DNA of 63,998 nucleotides, the filler included, from an uncultured Methanosarcinales archaeon (GTDB lineage Archaea > Nanobdellota > Nanobdellia > Woesearchaeales > CAYSVS01), in NCBI GenBank assembly GCA_964434475.1. It is 5 parts of 5 records of this genome, joined end to end, with 100 filler letters (N's around TTAATTAATTAA, not from the genome) between each part and the next. Parts side by side here need not be neighbours in the genome. Positions count along the whole stretch, not along the records: positions 31,641 to 46,922 come from CAYSVS010000028.1; positions 47,023 to 62,002 come from CAYSVS010000029.1; 3 more parts are not named here. One strand, given 5' to 3'. Numbering within the stretch: position 1 is the stretch's first letter; every line of letters starts with the position of its first letter. The translations under genes were made by a program, and so were the position numbers. The notes under the pieces were generated by a model that saw only the letters and a list, made by a program, of their open reading frames with translations, did no database searches and was not told the DNA's origin. This document shows positions 37,658-47,465 of the stretch, in pieces.

Positions 37658-39289
37658 ATGTCTAAAGAAGTACAACCTATTTATATCATGCCAGAAGGCA
37701 CTCAAAGAAGTACTGGTAAAACAGCACAAAGAAACAATATCATGGCAGCTAAACTAGTTGCAGAAACAGTTAGAACAACATTAGGTCCTAAAGGAATGGA
37801 CAAGATGATAGTGGATGCATTAGGAGATGTTACTGTCACGAATGACGGCGTTACAATCCTTGAAGAGATGCAAATTGAGCATCCTACTGCTAAAATGATA
37901 GTAGAGATTGCAAAAACGCAAGAAGACGAAGTGGGAGATGGAACAACAACAGCGGTTGTTTTGGCTGGCGAACTATTAAAAAATGCAGAAGAGTTATTGG
38001 AACAGGAAGTGCATCCCACTGTATTAGCAAAAGGTTATAGGTTAGCAGCTGCAAAAGCGCAAGAATTGCTTAATGATATGGCTGAAAACATCCAAGAAAA
38101 AGATACAGATTTATTAAAAAAGATTGCAATAACTGCAATGACAGGCAAAGGAGCTGAAAATTCTAAAGAGATTCTAGCAGATATAACAGTAAAAGCGATT
38201 AAACAAGTAATGGATGAAGATGGAAGTATAGGATTAGACAATATAAAGATTGAAAAGAAAGTTGGAGACAGCGTAGATCATAGTGAATTAGTAAAAGGCA
38301 TTGTTCTTGATAAAGAACGGGTGCATCCTGGAATGTCTAAACTAGTTGAAAACGCTAAGATTGCATTAATAGATTCTGCTATAGAAATAAAAGATACAGA
38401 AACAGACGCTAAAATATCAATAACAGACCCTAGTCAATTGCAGGCTTTTATTGACCAAGAGGAAGCTATGCTAAAGAATATGGTAGAAAAGATAGTAAAT
38501 AGCGGAGCTAATATAATATTCTGTCAAAAAGGCATAGATGATTTAGCACAGCATTTCCTTGCCAAACAAGGCATATTCGCTGCAAGAAGGATAAAGAAAA
38601 GCGATATGGAGAACCTAACAAGAGCTACAGGAGCTAGGATAGTGACCAACTTGGATGATCTAAGCAAAGATGATCTTGGAAAAGCAGGAATTGTAGAAGA
38701 GGTCAAAGTAGGGGATGAAGAGATGATATATGTCAAGGAATGCAAAAACCCTAAATCTGTAACTATATTGGTAAGAGGCGGAACAGAACATGTTGTTGAT
38801 GAGGTCAAAAGAGCTATGGATGATGCTATAGGTGATTTAAGAGCAGCATTGAAAATGAACAAAGTAGTAGGAGGTGCGGGAGCACCAGAGATAGAACTTG
38901 CAAAAGGGTTGAGAAAATATGCTAATAGTTTGTCAGGAAGAGAACAGTTGGCTGTTCAAGCATTCGCAAAATCTGTTGAAGTTATACCAAGAACTTTGGC
39001 CGAGAATGCAGGATTGGACCCTATAGATGTGCTTACTGAACTGAAAGCTGCACATGACAAAAAAATGAAATGGGCAGGGATTGACGTATTCAAAGGAAAG
39101 ATAGTTGATTCTTGGAGAAAAGGGGTTATCGAACCTCTTAAGATAAAGACTCAAGCGGTTTCATCTGCGAGCGAAGTTGCTATAATGATACTGAGAATAG
39201 ATGACGTCATAGCAGGCGGAAAAGCTGAAACTCCAGCTATGCCTCCACAAGGAATGCCGCCAGGAATGGGCGGAATGCCACAGATGTAA
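37658..39289 (+). CDS. Thermosome (group II chaperonin) subunit
   Basis: [29 protein letters not shown]-rich tail. Confidence 0.97.
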   Translation: MSKEVQPIYIMPEGTQRSTGKTAQRNNIMAAKLVAETVRTTLGPKGMDKMIVDALGDVTVTNDGVTILEEMQIEHPTAKMIVEIAKTQEDEVGDGTTTAVVLAGELLKNAEELLEQEVHPTVLAKGYRLAAAKAQELLNDMAENIQEKDTDLLKKIAITAMTGKGAENSKEILADITVKAIKQVMDEDGSIGLDNIKIEKKVGDSVDHSELVKGIVLDKERVHPGMSKLVENAKIALIDSAIEIKDTETDAKISITDPSQLQAFIDQEEAMLKNMVEKIVNSGANIIFCQKGIDDLAQHFLAKQGIFAARRIKKSDMENLTRATGARIVTNLDDLSKDDLGKAGIVEEVKVGDEEMIYVKECKNPKSVTILVRGGTEHVVDEVKRAMDDAIGDLRAALKMNKVVGGAGAPEIELAKGLRKYANSLSGREQLAVQAFAKSVEVIPRTLAENAGLDPIDVLTELKAAHDKKMKWAGIDVFKGKIVDSWRKGVIEPLKIKTQAVSSASEVAIMILRIDDVIAGGKAETPAMPPQGMPPGMGGMPQM

Positions 39290-39328
39290 ACAGTAAGATT
39301 TAAAACAAAACCTAATTTTCTTTTTTTT

Positions 39329-39949
39329 ATGATTGAAGAATACCTGAAGGAAGGAAAACAAACAAGGATAAGTAAGACTGCTTATGAACACATAAAGGAA
39401 ATAAAAAATATGATCACTTATGTTCCAGACGGAACAGAAGTTTTTAAAAAAGCATATAAGACTGCAAAATACATAAGAAGATTAAAAGTCATGGAAGATT
39501 ACAGCACACTCCCTAACCAGGAAAAAAGAGATTTAAAAAAAAAGGAATTCAGAGAAAGAACCGCAGCAGAGATTTTAGAAAAAGGGAATATACAAACCAA
39601 TTCTGATTATGGAACTGTGTTTAGGATGTTGATGATAGCCCAAGAAATTCCTACCACACATTTAGAAACATTTGACAGGAATATATTGATGTACAGAAAG
39701 TTATCATCAAAACCATTCTCAAGAATCCACACATATGAAGATACATTCATAATAGATCCAGCAAATATAAATTTTTATAAAAGTGAACAAGATATGTTCA
39801 ACAAAACAAAACACATAATATTTAAAGAAGGCTTAGATTCTTGGGACATAGGAATAAGAACATACGATGATTTATTGAAAGCAAGAGATGATAACATAGA
39901 TAGACTTCTAGACAGGTTCAAAAGACTTAAAAGAACAAGCCAAAACTAA
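39329..39949 (+). CDS. Transglutaminase-like fold protein, catalytic Cys apparently absent
   Basis: RTAAEIL...TNSDYGTVF......EIPT..LET...HTY...IDP...GLDSWDIG; no Cys in the protein. Confidence 0.5.
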   Translation: MIEEYLKEGKQTRISKTAYEHIKEIKNMITYVPDGTEVFKKAYKTAKYIRRLKVMEDYSTLPNQEKRDLKKKEFRERTAAEILEKGNIQTNSDYGTVFRMLMIAQEIPTTHLETFDRNILMYRKLSSKPFSRIHTYEDTFIIDPANINFYKSEQDMFNKTKHIIFKEGLDSWDIGIRTYDDLLKARDDNIDRLLDRFKRLKRTSQN

Positions 39950-40154
39950 AATGAATATGTCAATACTTTATGACGACTAGTCAATACACGAAAAAACATT
40001 AAAATATTTTTTGTGTCCTAAAAACTCATTATTTTTATGAGACCAGCAGTATTAAAAGTATAAAACACCCATGATAGCAAAAAAGGAATAATATAATTTA
40101 TTCTCCACATATAAGAAATACTAAGATTGTTCACAATCTGATTATCACATCCAT

Positions 40155-41057
40155 CTATTTTTTTATATTTCTATGCACTGAAGCTATATACTCTGCTATC
40201 TTTTTAGTAGGATCAAACCCAAATAAATTCTTGCTTTTCTCATAAAATACAGGAGTAGGATTAACATCAATCACACATGCTTCATTATCTGATTCAATAA
40301 TATCTAAACTTAAAATATCTATCTTCAAATGTTTAGAGATATTTTTACCTATATTTATTAATCTTTTAGGTATATCAGAATAAAGCTGCCAAGATGAGCC
40401 TTTAGTAACGCTTCCTATTCCCCAATCATCAACAAATTTTTTATAAGCAACAATAAATTTATCGTCTAAAAGAAACATTCTGGTTACATATTGCGGCGGT
40501 TCAACGAAATCTTCAATATGTATTAAGTGATAATTTTTAGTTAAATTAGATATCGCTTTTTGATACTGGTTATAGTTTTTAACAAAAAACACATCGATTG
40601 CGCCGCCTCCTAGATCAATCTTTATAATCTTTGGAAATTTCATCCTTTTTCCTAGTTTTAGTGCAGTATTTTTATTAGAGATCAACTTGGTCTCAGGATT
40701 AACAACACCTAATTTATCTAAGGCTCTTGAAGCTTCAGTTTTACTATAATCTATGTAAGAAGTAGGAAAAGGATGAATCACTTTTATACCTACATCATCC
40801 ATATATTTCACTATATTTAACATAAATCTTATATTATTCAAATCTTTGAAATATAATTGTTTAGTATAGCTCTTAACTTTACTCACAGGATAAACCCTAT
40901 TAACATATAATCTATGAAATAAACTTTTCTTATAATTCAAATCAAGAACATAATCATCTATATTAATTACCTCTACTTTAATGCCTTTATTTCTTAAATG
41001 ATCAACTATACTTTTATTACACCAATCAAAATTATTATGAAAAAAACCTATACTCAT
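40155..41057 (-). CDS. RimK-like ATP-grasp ligase
   Basis: FPKIIK...GGGA.DV, IEDFV, LSLDII, IDVNPTP. Confidence 0.82.
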   Translation of the reverse strand: MSIGFFHNNFDWCNKSIVDHLRNKGIKVEVINIDDYVLDLNYKKSLFHRLYVNRVYPVSKVKSYTKQLYFKDLNNIRFMLNIVKYMDDVGIKVIHPFPTSYIDYSKTEASRALDKLGVVNPETKLISNKNTALKLGKRMKFPKIIKIDLGGGAIDVFFVKNYNQYQKAISNLTKNYHLIHIEDFVEPPQYVTRMFLLDDKFIVAYKKFVDDWGIGSVTKGSSWQLYSDIPKRLINIGKNISKHLKIDILSLDIIESDNEACVIDVNPTPVFYEKSKNLFGFDPTKKIAEYIASVHRNIKK

Positions 41058-41094
41058 ATATATAAGTAAAAAGAAATAGTATATATTTCTTTCT

Positions 41095-41301
41095 TTAATT
41101 ATTCTCTAATATTTTATTCATCTCTTCTACCATCTCATCTATCTCCTTATCATCCAATCCATGCGCTTTACAGCCCTGCTCTAAATTTTCATTATGGGCA
41201 GCATGACATCCTATACAATGCAGGCCGTGATCCAACAATACTTTTACAGTATCAGGATATTTTTCTGCTACTTCAGCTATCATCATATCTTTTTTTATCA
41301 T
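41095..41301 (-). CDS. DUF1858 redox-disulfide domain protein
   Basis: GLHCIGC, ENLEQGCKAHG. Confidence 0.88.
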   Translation of the reverse strand: MIKKDMMIAEVAEKYPDTVKVLLDHGLHCIGCHAAHNENLEQGCKAHGLDDKEIDEMVEEMNKILENN

Positions 41302-41789
41302 TCTTTCACCCCAAAATCTAATAATATCTGCTTTTCAGACATATCTAATTTTTTTAAAGCTACACCTGCTAAACCAAGCATCCTTTTTGATGCTTGTGTT
41401 GAATGGCTCTCTTTGTACTTGTCTGACAAATAAACTATCTCTTTTATTCCAGACTGTATTATCAGTTTAGCACACTCATTACAAGGAAATAATGCAACAT
41501 ACAACTTAGAACCATGAAGATTTTTTGTTGAGTTAAGTATTGCATTTGCCTCTGCATGCACAACATAAGGATACTTAGTATCATTAGGATGCTCTGCTTT
41601 CCTTGACCAAGGCAAAACATCATCATGACAACCTTTTGGAAAACCATTGTAGCCTATGCCTATTATATTGTTGTGTTCATTAATTATGCAGGCACCAACA
41701 CGAGTATTAGGATCCTTGCTTCTATGCGCAGAAAGCAAAGCTATACCCATAAAATACTCATCCCAGGAGATATAATCTTTTCTTTTCAT
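41298..41789 (-). CDS. dCMP deaminase
   Basis: RSKDP.TRVGA, GYNG, HAEANA, FPCNEC. Confidence 0.93.
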   Translation of the reverse strand: MKRKDYISWDEYFMGIALLSAHRSKDPNTRVGACIINEHNNIIGIGYNGFPKGCHDDVLPWSRKAEHPNDTKYPYVVHAEANAILNSTKNLHGSKLYVALFPCNECAKLIIQSGIKEIVYLSDKYKESHSTQASKRMLGLAGVALKKLDMSEKQILLDFGVKE

Positions 41790-41796
41790 TTTTACC

Positions 41797-42246
41797 TTAT
41801 TTTGATAGTTTCTTTACCTCTGATTCAAATGCCTTAATATTCCTAAAATTCTGGTGCACAGATGCAAATCTCAAATAAGCTACAGCATCCAATTCCTTTA
41901 GGTGCTGCAATATCATCCTTCCTACATATTTTGTGCTTTGCTGTTTTTTAGGTAAACTCCTAATCTCTGTTTCTATATCATCCGCTATGGTCTTTATCTT
42001 ATCTTCAGAAATAGGTCTTTTTTCACATGCAAGTATCATACCTCTAAGCAGTTTCTCTTTTGAAAAAGGCTCAAATTTTTTATTCTTCTTCTTTATCAGC
42101 AAAGGCTTAAGCTCTATCTTTTCGTAAGTTGTATATCTTGCCTTGCACTTAAGGCATTCTCTTCTTCTTCTATTGAATCCTATATCATCCCTTTTATCTA
42201 TTACTTTACTACCCATAGAACTACAATATGGACATTTCATCAGCAT
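41797..42246 (-). CDS. nrdR: Transcriptional repressor NrdR
   Basis: MKCPYC, RRRREC..C..RYTTYE, ATP cone, LDAVAYLRFASV. Confidence 0.95.
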   Translation of the reverse strand: MLMKCPYCSSMGSKVIDKRDDIGFNRRRRECLKCKARYTTYEKIELKPLLIKKKNKKFEPFSKEKLLRGMILACEKRPISEDKIKTIADDIETEIRSLPKKQQSTKYVGRMILQHLKELDAVAYLRFASVHQNFRNIKAFESEVKKLSK

Positions 42247-42263
42247 TTACCCCCATTGAAAAT

Positions 42264-42279
42264 ACACAACATATTGTGG
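42264..42279. promoter_or_regulatory. NrdR box in the nrdR promoter
   Basis: ACACAACATATTGTGG against consensus acaCwAtATaTwGtgt; abuts the TATA-like box at 42280-42287. Confidence 0.7.
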
Positions 42280-42482
42280 TATATAAGGTTTTTGGTGATT
42301 GACTATCTGAAAAAAGTCTAGCTCACTGCAGTCCATAAACATAAGCTTCGCCAGTATCTCTATATGATAAGTATTGTTTTACAATCAGAAACTATGTTAA
42401 CTGGTAAAATTAACTACTTTTTCTGAAAAGCAGGTAATTGAAAAGAAATATTTATATTTAATGAGTAAAACAAAAAGATTAT

Positions 42483-43391
42483 ATGAAAATATATAGCAAA
42501 GAAATTAATGATGAAAGATTGGATAATATAGTTGAACTAATTAAAAGAAAAAAAGAACTGATGTATCTTGAAAAGGATTATATAAACAAGAACATAAAAA
42601 AATATATTGAACAGAACACCAAGCTTATTCCAATAATTAATAATGTTACTAATCTTGAAAAGAATTATGAAATAAAGAAACTTGTTAAGTACGTTAGAGA
42701 GAAAGCGCATGATGTTTATGGCATGTTTCAGGCAAAGACAATAAACAAACGCCATAATTTATTGGAAGAACTGAGAAAAGCGATAAAAGAAAACAGCGGT
42801 AAAAAAACAATAATAAAAAAAGAGAAAATATTAGAGAAACACGCAGCATTATTGAAAACACATATTTCTACATGCGAAAGGATAAAGAATAACAAGGAAT
42901 TGTATCAAACTATTTTTTCTATAACAGGAAAGCCTGAATCGATCCTTGATCTTGGCTGCGGATTGAATCCTTTAACAATACCTTTTATGGAGCTTGATAA
43001 TATAGATTATATCGCTTCTGAATTCAACCAGCCTGATGTAGATTTTCTTAACGAATACTTTACCATAATGCCTGGTGAGATAAAAGGCATAGCTGTTAAG
43101 ATAAATCTTTTGGAAGATTATGAACGCCTAAAAGAATACAATGTCGATGTTTGCTTCTTGTTCAAGGTTCTTGATAGCTTGGAAAATATACGCAAAAACA
43201 TTAGCTATGACATAATCAAGAATATAGATGCCAATTTTATCGTTGTTTCCTTTCCATTGAAAACATTGTCTGGAAAAAAAGAGATGAATTTGAAAAAAAG
43301 GAACTGGTTTGAGAAGATATGTAATCGTTACAATCATAATTTTGAATCTTTTGAACTTGGTGATGAACTATATTACGTAGTTAAAAAATGA
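42483..43391 (+). CDS. ArmA/Rmt/FmrO-family 16S rRNA m7G1405 methyltransferase homolog
   Basis: HISTCER, ILDLGCGLNP, FLFKVLDSLE, VVSFPLKTLSGK. Confidence 0.8.
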   Translation: MKIYSKEINDERLDNIVELIKRKKELMYLEKDYINKNIKKYIEQNTKLIPIINNVTNLEKNYEIKKLVKYVREKAHDVYGMFQAKTINKRHNLLEELRKAIKENSGKKTIIKKEKILEKHAALLKTHISTCERIKNNKELYQTIFSITGKPESILDLGCGLNPLTIPFMELDNIDYIASEFNQPDVDFLNEYFTIMPGEIKGIAVKINLLEDYERLKEYNVDVCFLFKVLDSLENIRKNISYDIIKNIDANFIVVSFPLKTLSGKKEMNLKKRNWFEKICNRYNHNFESFELGDELYYVVKK

Positions 43392-44051
43392 TCACTTTCT
43401 GCAATATACGCTTATCCAAGGATTTGTATTGTAAGCATGACTTTCCTTGCTCTTGTTTTGCGTCTCATCTATATTAAAGCCAGAATTCCTTAAGACATCT
43501 TCTAATTCGCTTGGTTCAAAATAAGTGAATTGCTTAAATAATCCTGATTCTTCAGTCAACCCATACCTGGAATCATACCTCTTTTCTTCAGATTTGCCAA
43601 TTATTTTTTTCACGCTCACAAAAACTAATCCACCTGGCTTTAGAACCCTATACATCTCATCGACTGCTCCTTGTACTGCAGATCTTTTAAGATGAAGTAA
43701 TGAAGCTGTACTCCATATCGCGTCAAAATAATTATCCTTAAAATTTAATTTTTCTATATCCATCTTAAGATATACAGGGGATACAGAAAGATCTTTTGTA
43801 ATATCTCTAACTTCTTTTGCTTTTTCTAACATCTCAATGCATAAATCAATGCCAACAACATTATGACCTGCTTTTGCAAACTTAATACAATCTCTTCCAG
43901 GACCGCAGCCATAATCAAGAATCAAGCTATTAGGACTTATCTTTGTTAGAAATTCAGGTAATTCTGACATCTCAATATCTTTGGTCAATTCATGATATTT
44001 ATCTACAGTCCTACCATAAGTCTTGATAGTTGTTGCTTTATAGTCTTCCAT
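43392..44051 (-). CDS. Class I SAM-dependent methyltransferase
   Basis: ILDYGCGPGRD, VGID, FDAIW..ASLLH, RVLKPGG. Confidence 0.9.
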   Translation of the reverse strand: MEDYKATTIKTYGRTVDKYHELTKDIEMSELPEFLTKISPNSLILDYGCGPGRDCIKFAKAGHNVVGIDLCIEMLEKAKEVRDITKDLSVSPVYLKMDIEKLNFKDNYFDAIWSTASLLHLKRSAVQGAVDEMYRVLKPGGLVFVSVKKIIGKSEEKRYDSRYGLTEESGLFKQFTYFEPSELEDVLRNSGFNIDETQNKSKESHAYNTNPWISVYCRK

Positions 44052-44086
44052 AATATTACAAAAGATATAACTTATTTAAAACTAAC

Positions 44087-44605
44087 CTAATTTTTCAGTT
44101 CAAGCTTCTTATCTTCAAAAACAAGCTTTAAGCCTTGTTTATACCTATACACAATATCTTGAAAATACTTGTTAAATCCTCTTGGTTTCAAGATATTTTG
44201 TGATTCTTTGTTATCATGGTCGAATATTTTTATTTTACCGTCGTTTATCTTAAAACATAAATTTCTAGGATTATAAGTTTCTCTCTTATCCTTTCTGAAA
44301 TTTATAGAATACTCATTTAACAACCCATCAAAACAGTATAATCCTTTCTTATTTTGCACAAGAGATATAAAATTCCTGTAACTAGACATCTCACTAAGAT
44401 ATTGTTCTGCACAAGCACCTAAATCGCAAAAACCCAAAACTGCATCAACAGAATTCAAAGAAGCTTCTAAAGGCCCTACCACTGAATCTTTTTCAAGATC
44501 ATAAGTCAAAAAAGGAACTACAATAATTCTTCTTTCTTTTTTTTCCTTTGAATAATTCGTCAGATTTGCTGCAATTCTTCGGTCAATGTAAATTGGATTT
44601 CTCAT
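44087..44605 (-). CDS. Hypothetical protein
   Basis: 172-aa ORF. Confidence 0.65.
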   Translation of the reverse strand: MRNPIYIDRRIAANLTNYSKEKKERRIIVVPFLTYDLEKDSVVGPLEASLNSVDAVLGFCDLGACAEQYLSEMSSYRNFISLVQNKKGLYCFDGLLNEYSINFRKDKRETYNPRNLCFKINDGKIKIFDHDNKESQNILKPRGFNKYFQDIVYRYKQGLKLVFEDKKLELKN

Positions 44606-44693
44606 AGCATAAGATTAAAAGAATATCTTTTATAAAATTAACGGGCATTTTATGTTTGAATTATTAACCAGAACAAAATTCATCTAATAAATT

Positions 44694-46457
44694 CTAAAAT
44701 CTGATTTTCTTGACCATATAAGTATCTTGTTTCTTATAACCTAGTTTTCTATAGTATTCCCTTACTCCTATTCCGCTTATGACTTTTATCTTTTTGCAGC
44801 TGTTTTTCTTGGATATCTTTTCAGCTTCTTTCATCAGCTTTTTTCCCAGGCCTTTGTGCTGTATGTTGCCCTTTTTTCCTAAAGAAGTAGCTTGCCCATA
44901 TACGTGCAATTCTCTAACTCCTGCGACTGCATCAGGCAATAGCCTTAATCTCAAAAATCCTAATAAAATATTGTTCTCCATGTCATCAAAGCTCAAGAAA
45001 AATTCTTTTCCTTCGCTTGCATCATATTCCATAATATTTAATCGAACATCTTTCCAGCTTATTTCTCTTTTCCTTGGCTCTCTGCAGCGTATGCAATTAC
45101 AAACAATACTTTTCTGTTCCATTATTTTTGAAACATACTGTCTAAGATTAGTCTTATCAACACCCGCACTTGTGACAAATGTAGGTATGTCTCTCTGCAC
45201 CCTCATTATCCTGCAATATTTTGGTACGTATTGTTTTATCTCTGCAATAAGGTTAGCAGCCTGTAAAGTGTTTATTGGCTTGAACTTTCCTTTATTATAC
45301 ATATCAAATAGTTTTGTTCCAGGCATCACCATGCAAGGATATATCTTCAATGCATCAGGTTTAAAGTTTTGGTTGCTAAAAAGTTCCTTAAACATACTCT
45401 TGTCCTTTTCATAATTGCTTTTTGGCAATCCAGGCATGATATGATAACCTACTTTAAGCAAAGAACATTTCATAAGTCTTGTTGCTTCTATAGAATCATC
45501 TACAGAATGCCCTCTTTCTAGTTTATCCAAAACATCATCATATATGCTTTGAACTCCAAGCTCTACTCTTGTACATCCTAACTTTAACATCTGCTTGATA
45601 TGTTTTGCTTTGCAATAGTCCGGCCTTGTTTCAATAGCCAATGCTATGCATCTTATCTTTGATTTTTCGTTCATAGATTGTTCGCGCGATAATGTGGTCG
45701 ATATGTTTTGTTCTTTTTTAGAATTTTTTTGTAATTTTTTTAGGTTTATTTTTTTATTATGTAATTCATCATTATTCAACAATCTACCATATTTTTTTAT
45801 CTGCAATATCTTCTTATGCAGTCTTTTTGTCCTTGATTCATCACCTACATGTGCAGGCAGCTCAAAGAAGGTCTTGAATTTTTTTATATTAAACTTGCCT
45901 TTTATGAAAAATATCCTGCTAAAATCGTTCATCGCCTGAAAGCATCCCTTAACAAAGTTATCTTGATACTTGGTCGATAAAGAAGGAAAAGTGCCGCCCA
46001 TAATTATAAGCTCTATCTTTTCAAAATTATGCCCTAAGACCGCGTATTGTTCTAATCTATTGAACACTTGAAGATAAGGATCATAGTTGTTTCTTATACC
46101 TCTCATCGTTGCAGGCTCTTTGCCTGTATATGATTGAGGCACATCACCATAATAACTGTCAACTCCTCCAGGACACGATATGCATCTGCCATGAGGGCAT
46201 CTATGCGGCTTAGTCATAACAGCAACCACAGAAACTCCAGAACTTGTTCTTCCTGGCTTTGTCTGAAGAATATTTAGCTTTGGCAAAAGCTTTTCATCTG
46301 CATAAAGCAATATCTCAAAATCAGTAGGCGGTTTTTTTATATTGTGTTTAGAACATAACTTTAACTTTAGTTTTGCAATCTGTAACTTATCCAACCTATT
46401 CTTAATTATCTCTTTGATAAGCTCGCCCATATACTTGGTGTAATTATCCATAAACAA
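44694..46457 (-). CDS. elp3: Elp3 tRNA uridine(34) acetyltransferase (radical SAM + KAT)
   Basis: RTSSGV, CPHGRCISCPGG, PQSYTG.EP, ETRPD, RELHVYG, QHKGLG. Confidence 0.95.
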   Translation of the reverse strand: MFMDNYTKYMGELIKEIIKNRLDKLQIAKLKLKLCSKHNIKKPPTDFEILLYADEKLLPKLNILQTKPGRTSSGVSVVAVMTKPHRCPHGRCISCPGGVDSYYGDVPQSYTGKEPATMRGIRNNYDPYLQVFNRLEQYAVLGHNFEKIELIIMGGTFPSLSTKYQDNFVKGCFQAMNDFSRIFFIKGKFNIKKFKTFFELPAHVGDESRTKRLHKKILQIKKYGRLLNNDELHNKKINLKKLQKNSKKEQNISTTLSREQSMNEKSKIRCIALAIETRPDYCKAKHIKQMLKLGCTRVELGVQSIYDDVLDKLERGHSVDDSIEATRLMKCSLLKVGYHIMPGLPKSNYEKDKSMFKELFSNQNFKPDALKIYPCMVMPGTKLFDMYNKGKFKPINTLQAANLIAEIKQYVPKYCRIMRVQRDIPTFVTSAGVDKTNLRQYVSKIMEQKSIVCNCIRCREPRKREISWKDVRLNIMEYDASEGKEFFLSFDDMENNILLGFLRLRLLPDAVAGVRELHVYGQATSLGKKGNIQHKGLGKKLMKEAEKISKKNSCKKIKVISGIGVREYYRKLGYKKQDTYMVKKIRF

Positions 46458-46482
46458 TTAAGAAAAATCTTTATTTATAAAT

Positions 46483-46872
46483 CTAACCTGTAAAATGTAT
46501 TTCGTTCATTATTATCTCTGCAGTTTTATAATATTTCATTTTCCAATCCTTGTATTCTCTTCCTTCATAAAAATCCATTGCTTCTCCTATTCGGAACAAT
46601 ACATGAGCTAAATCAGTAGTATTAACAAAAACACAATCATCCAATATTTTCTCATACATATCCATAGCATGTTCAAGATAAAAAAAAGAATCATTATCTG
46701 TATATTTATCAGTCAATCTTGCCTGCAAAAGATAAGAGTCTGCTAACAGCACATGAATCTTGGTAGAATATGAATCATACAATCTCGGTTCTTTTTCATC
46801 ATCGCTTAGCCTATTCTTAAATCGAGTGAATAATTCAAAAGCGTTTACAAGATAATCCTGCGATCTAATATA
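46483..46872 (-). pseudogene. 3' half of an IS-interrupted gene (5' half at 61510-61951)
   Basis: Frame stays open upstream of the listed TTG start up to the IS junction (YIRSQDYLVNAFELF...). Confidence 0.75.
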
Positions 46873-46922
46873 GGGAACTTTGCAAAATTAGCAAAAACGT
46901 AAACTCTATATATCTACTTGAT
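46873..46922. mobile_element. IS5-like terminus (GGGAACTTTGCAAAATT end) after TATA target
   Basis: Reverse complement of 47025-47074. Confidence 0.75.
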
Positions 46923-47022
46923 NNNNNNNNNNNNNNNNNNNNNNNNNNNNNNNNNNNNNNNNNNNNTTAATTAATTAANNNNNNNNNNNNNNNNNNNNNN
47001 NNNNNNNNNNNNNNNNNNNNNN
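46923..47022. other. Artificial contig linker
   Basis: N44-TTAATTAATTAA-N44. Confidence 0.98.
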
Positions 47023-47074
47023 ATATCAAGTAGATATATAGAGTTTACGTTTTTGCTAATTTTGCAAAGTTCCC
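47023..47074. mobile_element. IS5-like terminus (GGGAAC end), a different insertion
   Basis: Same end as 46873-46922; flank is TTTG, not TATA. Confidence 0.75.
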
Positions 47075-47142
47075 TTTGCTGTCTTCAGATTATCCAGATC
47101 ATTTTTATAATCCATATGATAAAGTATTTGCTCAAGTTCCAT
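47075..47142 (-). pseudogene. 5' fragment of a tandem paralog of 47144-47464, cut by the IS
   Basis: MELEQILYHMDYKNDLDNLKTA versus MNLEKILYHMDFTNDLNNLKEV. Confidence 0.8.
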
Positions 47143-47143
47143 C

Positions 47144-47464
47144 TTAATCAATCTTTCTGCAATTTTTATTCTTTAATAAGTATATCGTGCTTTTTACTGT
47201 ATATTGAAAGATATCCATAAACAACCCTACTTCTGCTCCACTGTATGCAAATTCATTTATCTCCTGTTCAATATCTATTCCTAAACAATTTCCTGTTAAA
47301 TATGCTGCTCCTGCTATAAAATAACCTGCAGTTCCTCCTCTTAATATAGATTTAACTGTATTTCTTACCCCTGTTTGTCTGTATTCATGATAGTTTTTAA
47401 CTTCTTTAAGGTTATTTAGGTCGTTAGTAAAATCCATGTGATAAAGTATTTTTTCTAGGTTCAT
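47144..47464 (-). CDS. Small protein with Gly/Ala-rich hydrophobic segments
   Basis: ILRGGTAGYFIAGAAYLTG and AYSGAEVGLFMDIF; starts 1 nt after the upstream stop. Confidence 0.75.
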   Translation of the reverse strand: MNLEKILYHMDFTNDLNNLKEVKNYHEYRQTGVRNTVKSILRGGTAGYFIAGAAYLTGNCLGIDIEQEINEFAYSGAEVGLFMDIFQYTVKSTIYLLKNKNCRKID

Positions 47465-47465
47465 C

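Noticed and set aside
44779..45414. Long antisense ORFs (also 8400-8930, 9856-10371, 31919-32428 and others)
   Set aside because: Shadows of real genes on the opposite strand; F/S/L-rich with no motifs
46873..47074. Apparent 50-bp perfect inverted repeat around a gap, looking like one complete element
   Set aside because: Both are the same IS end on separate contigs with different flanks; the adjacency is an artefact of concatenation
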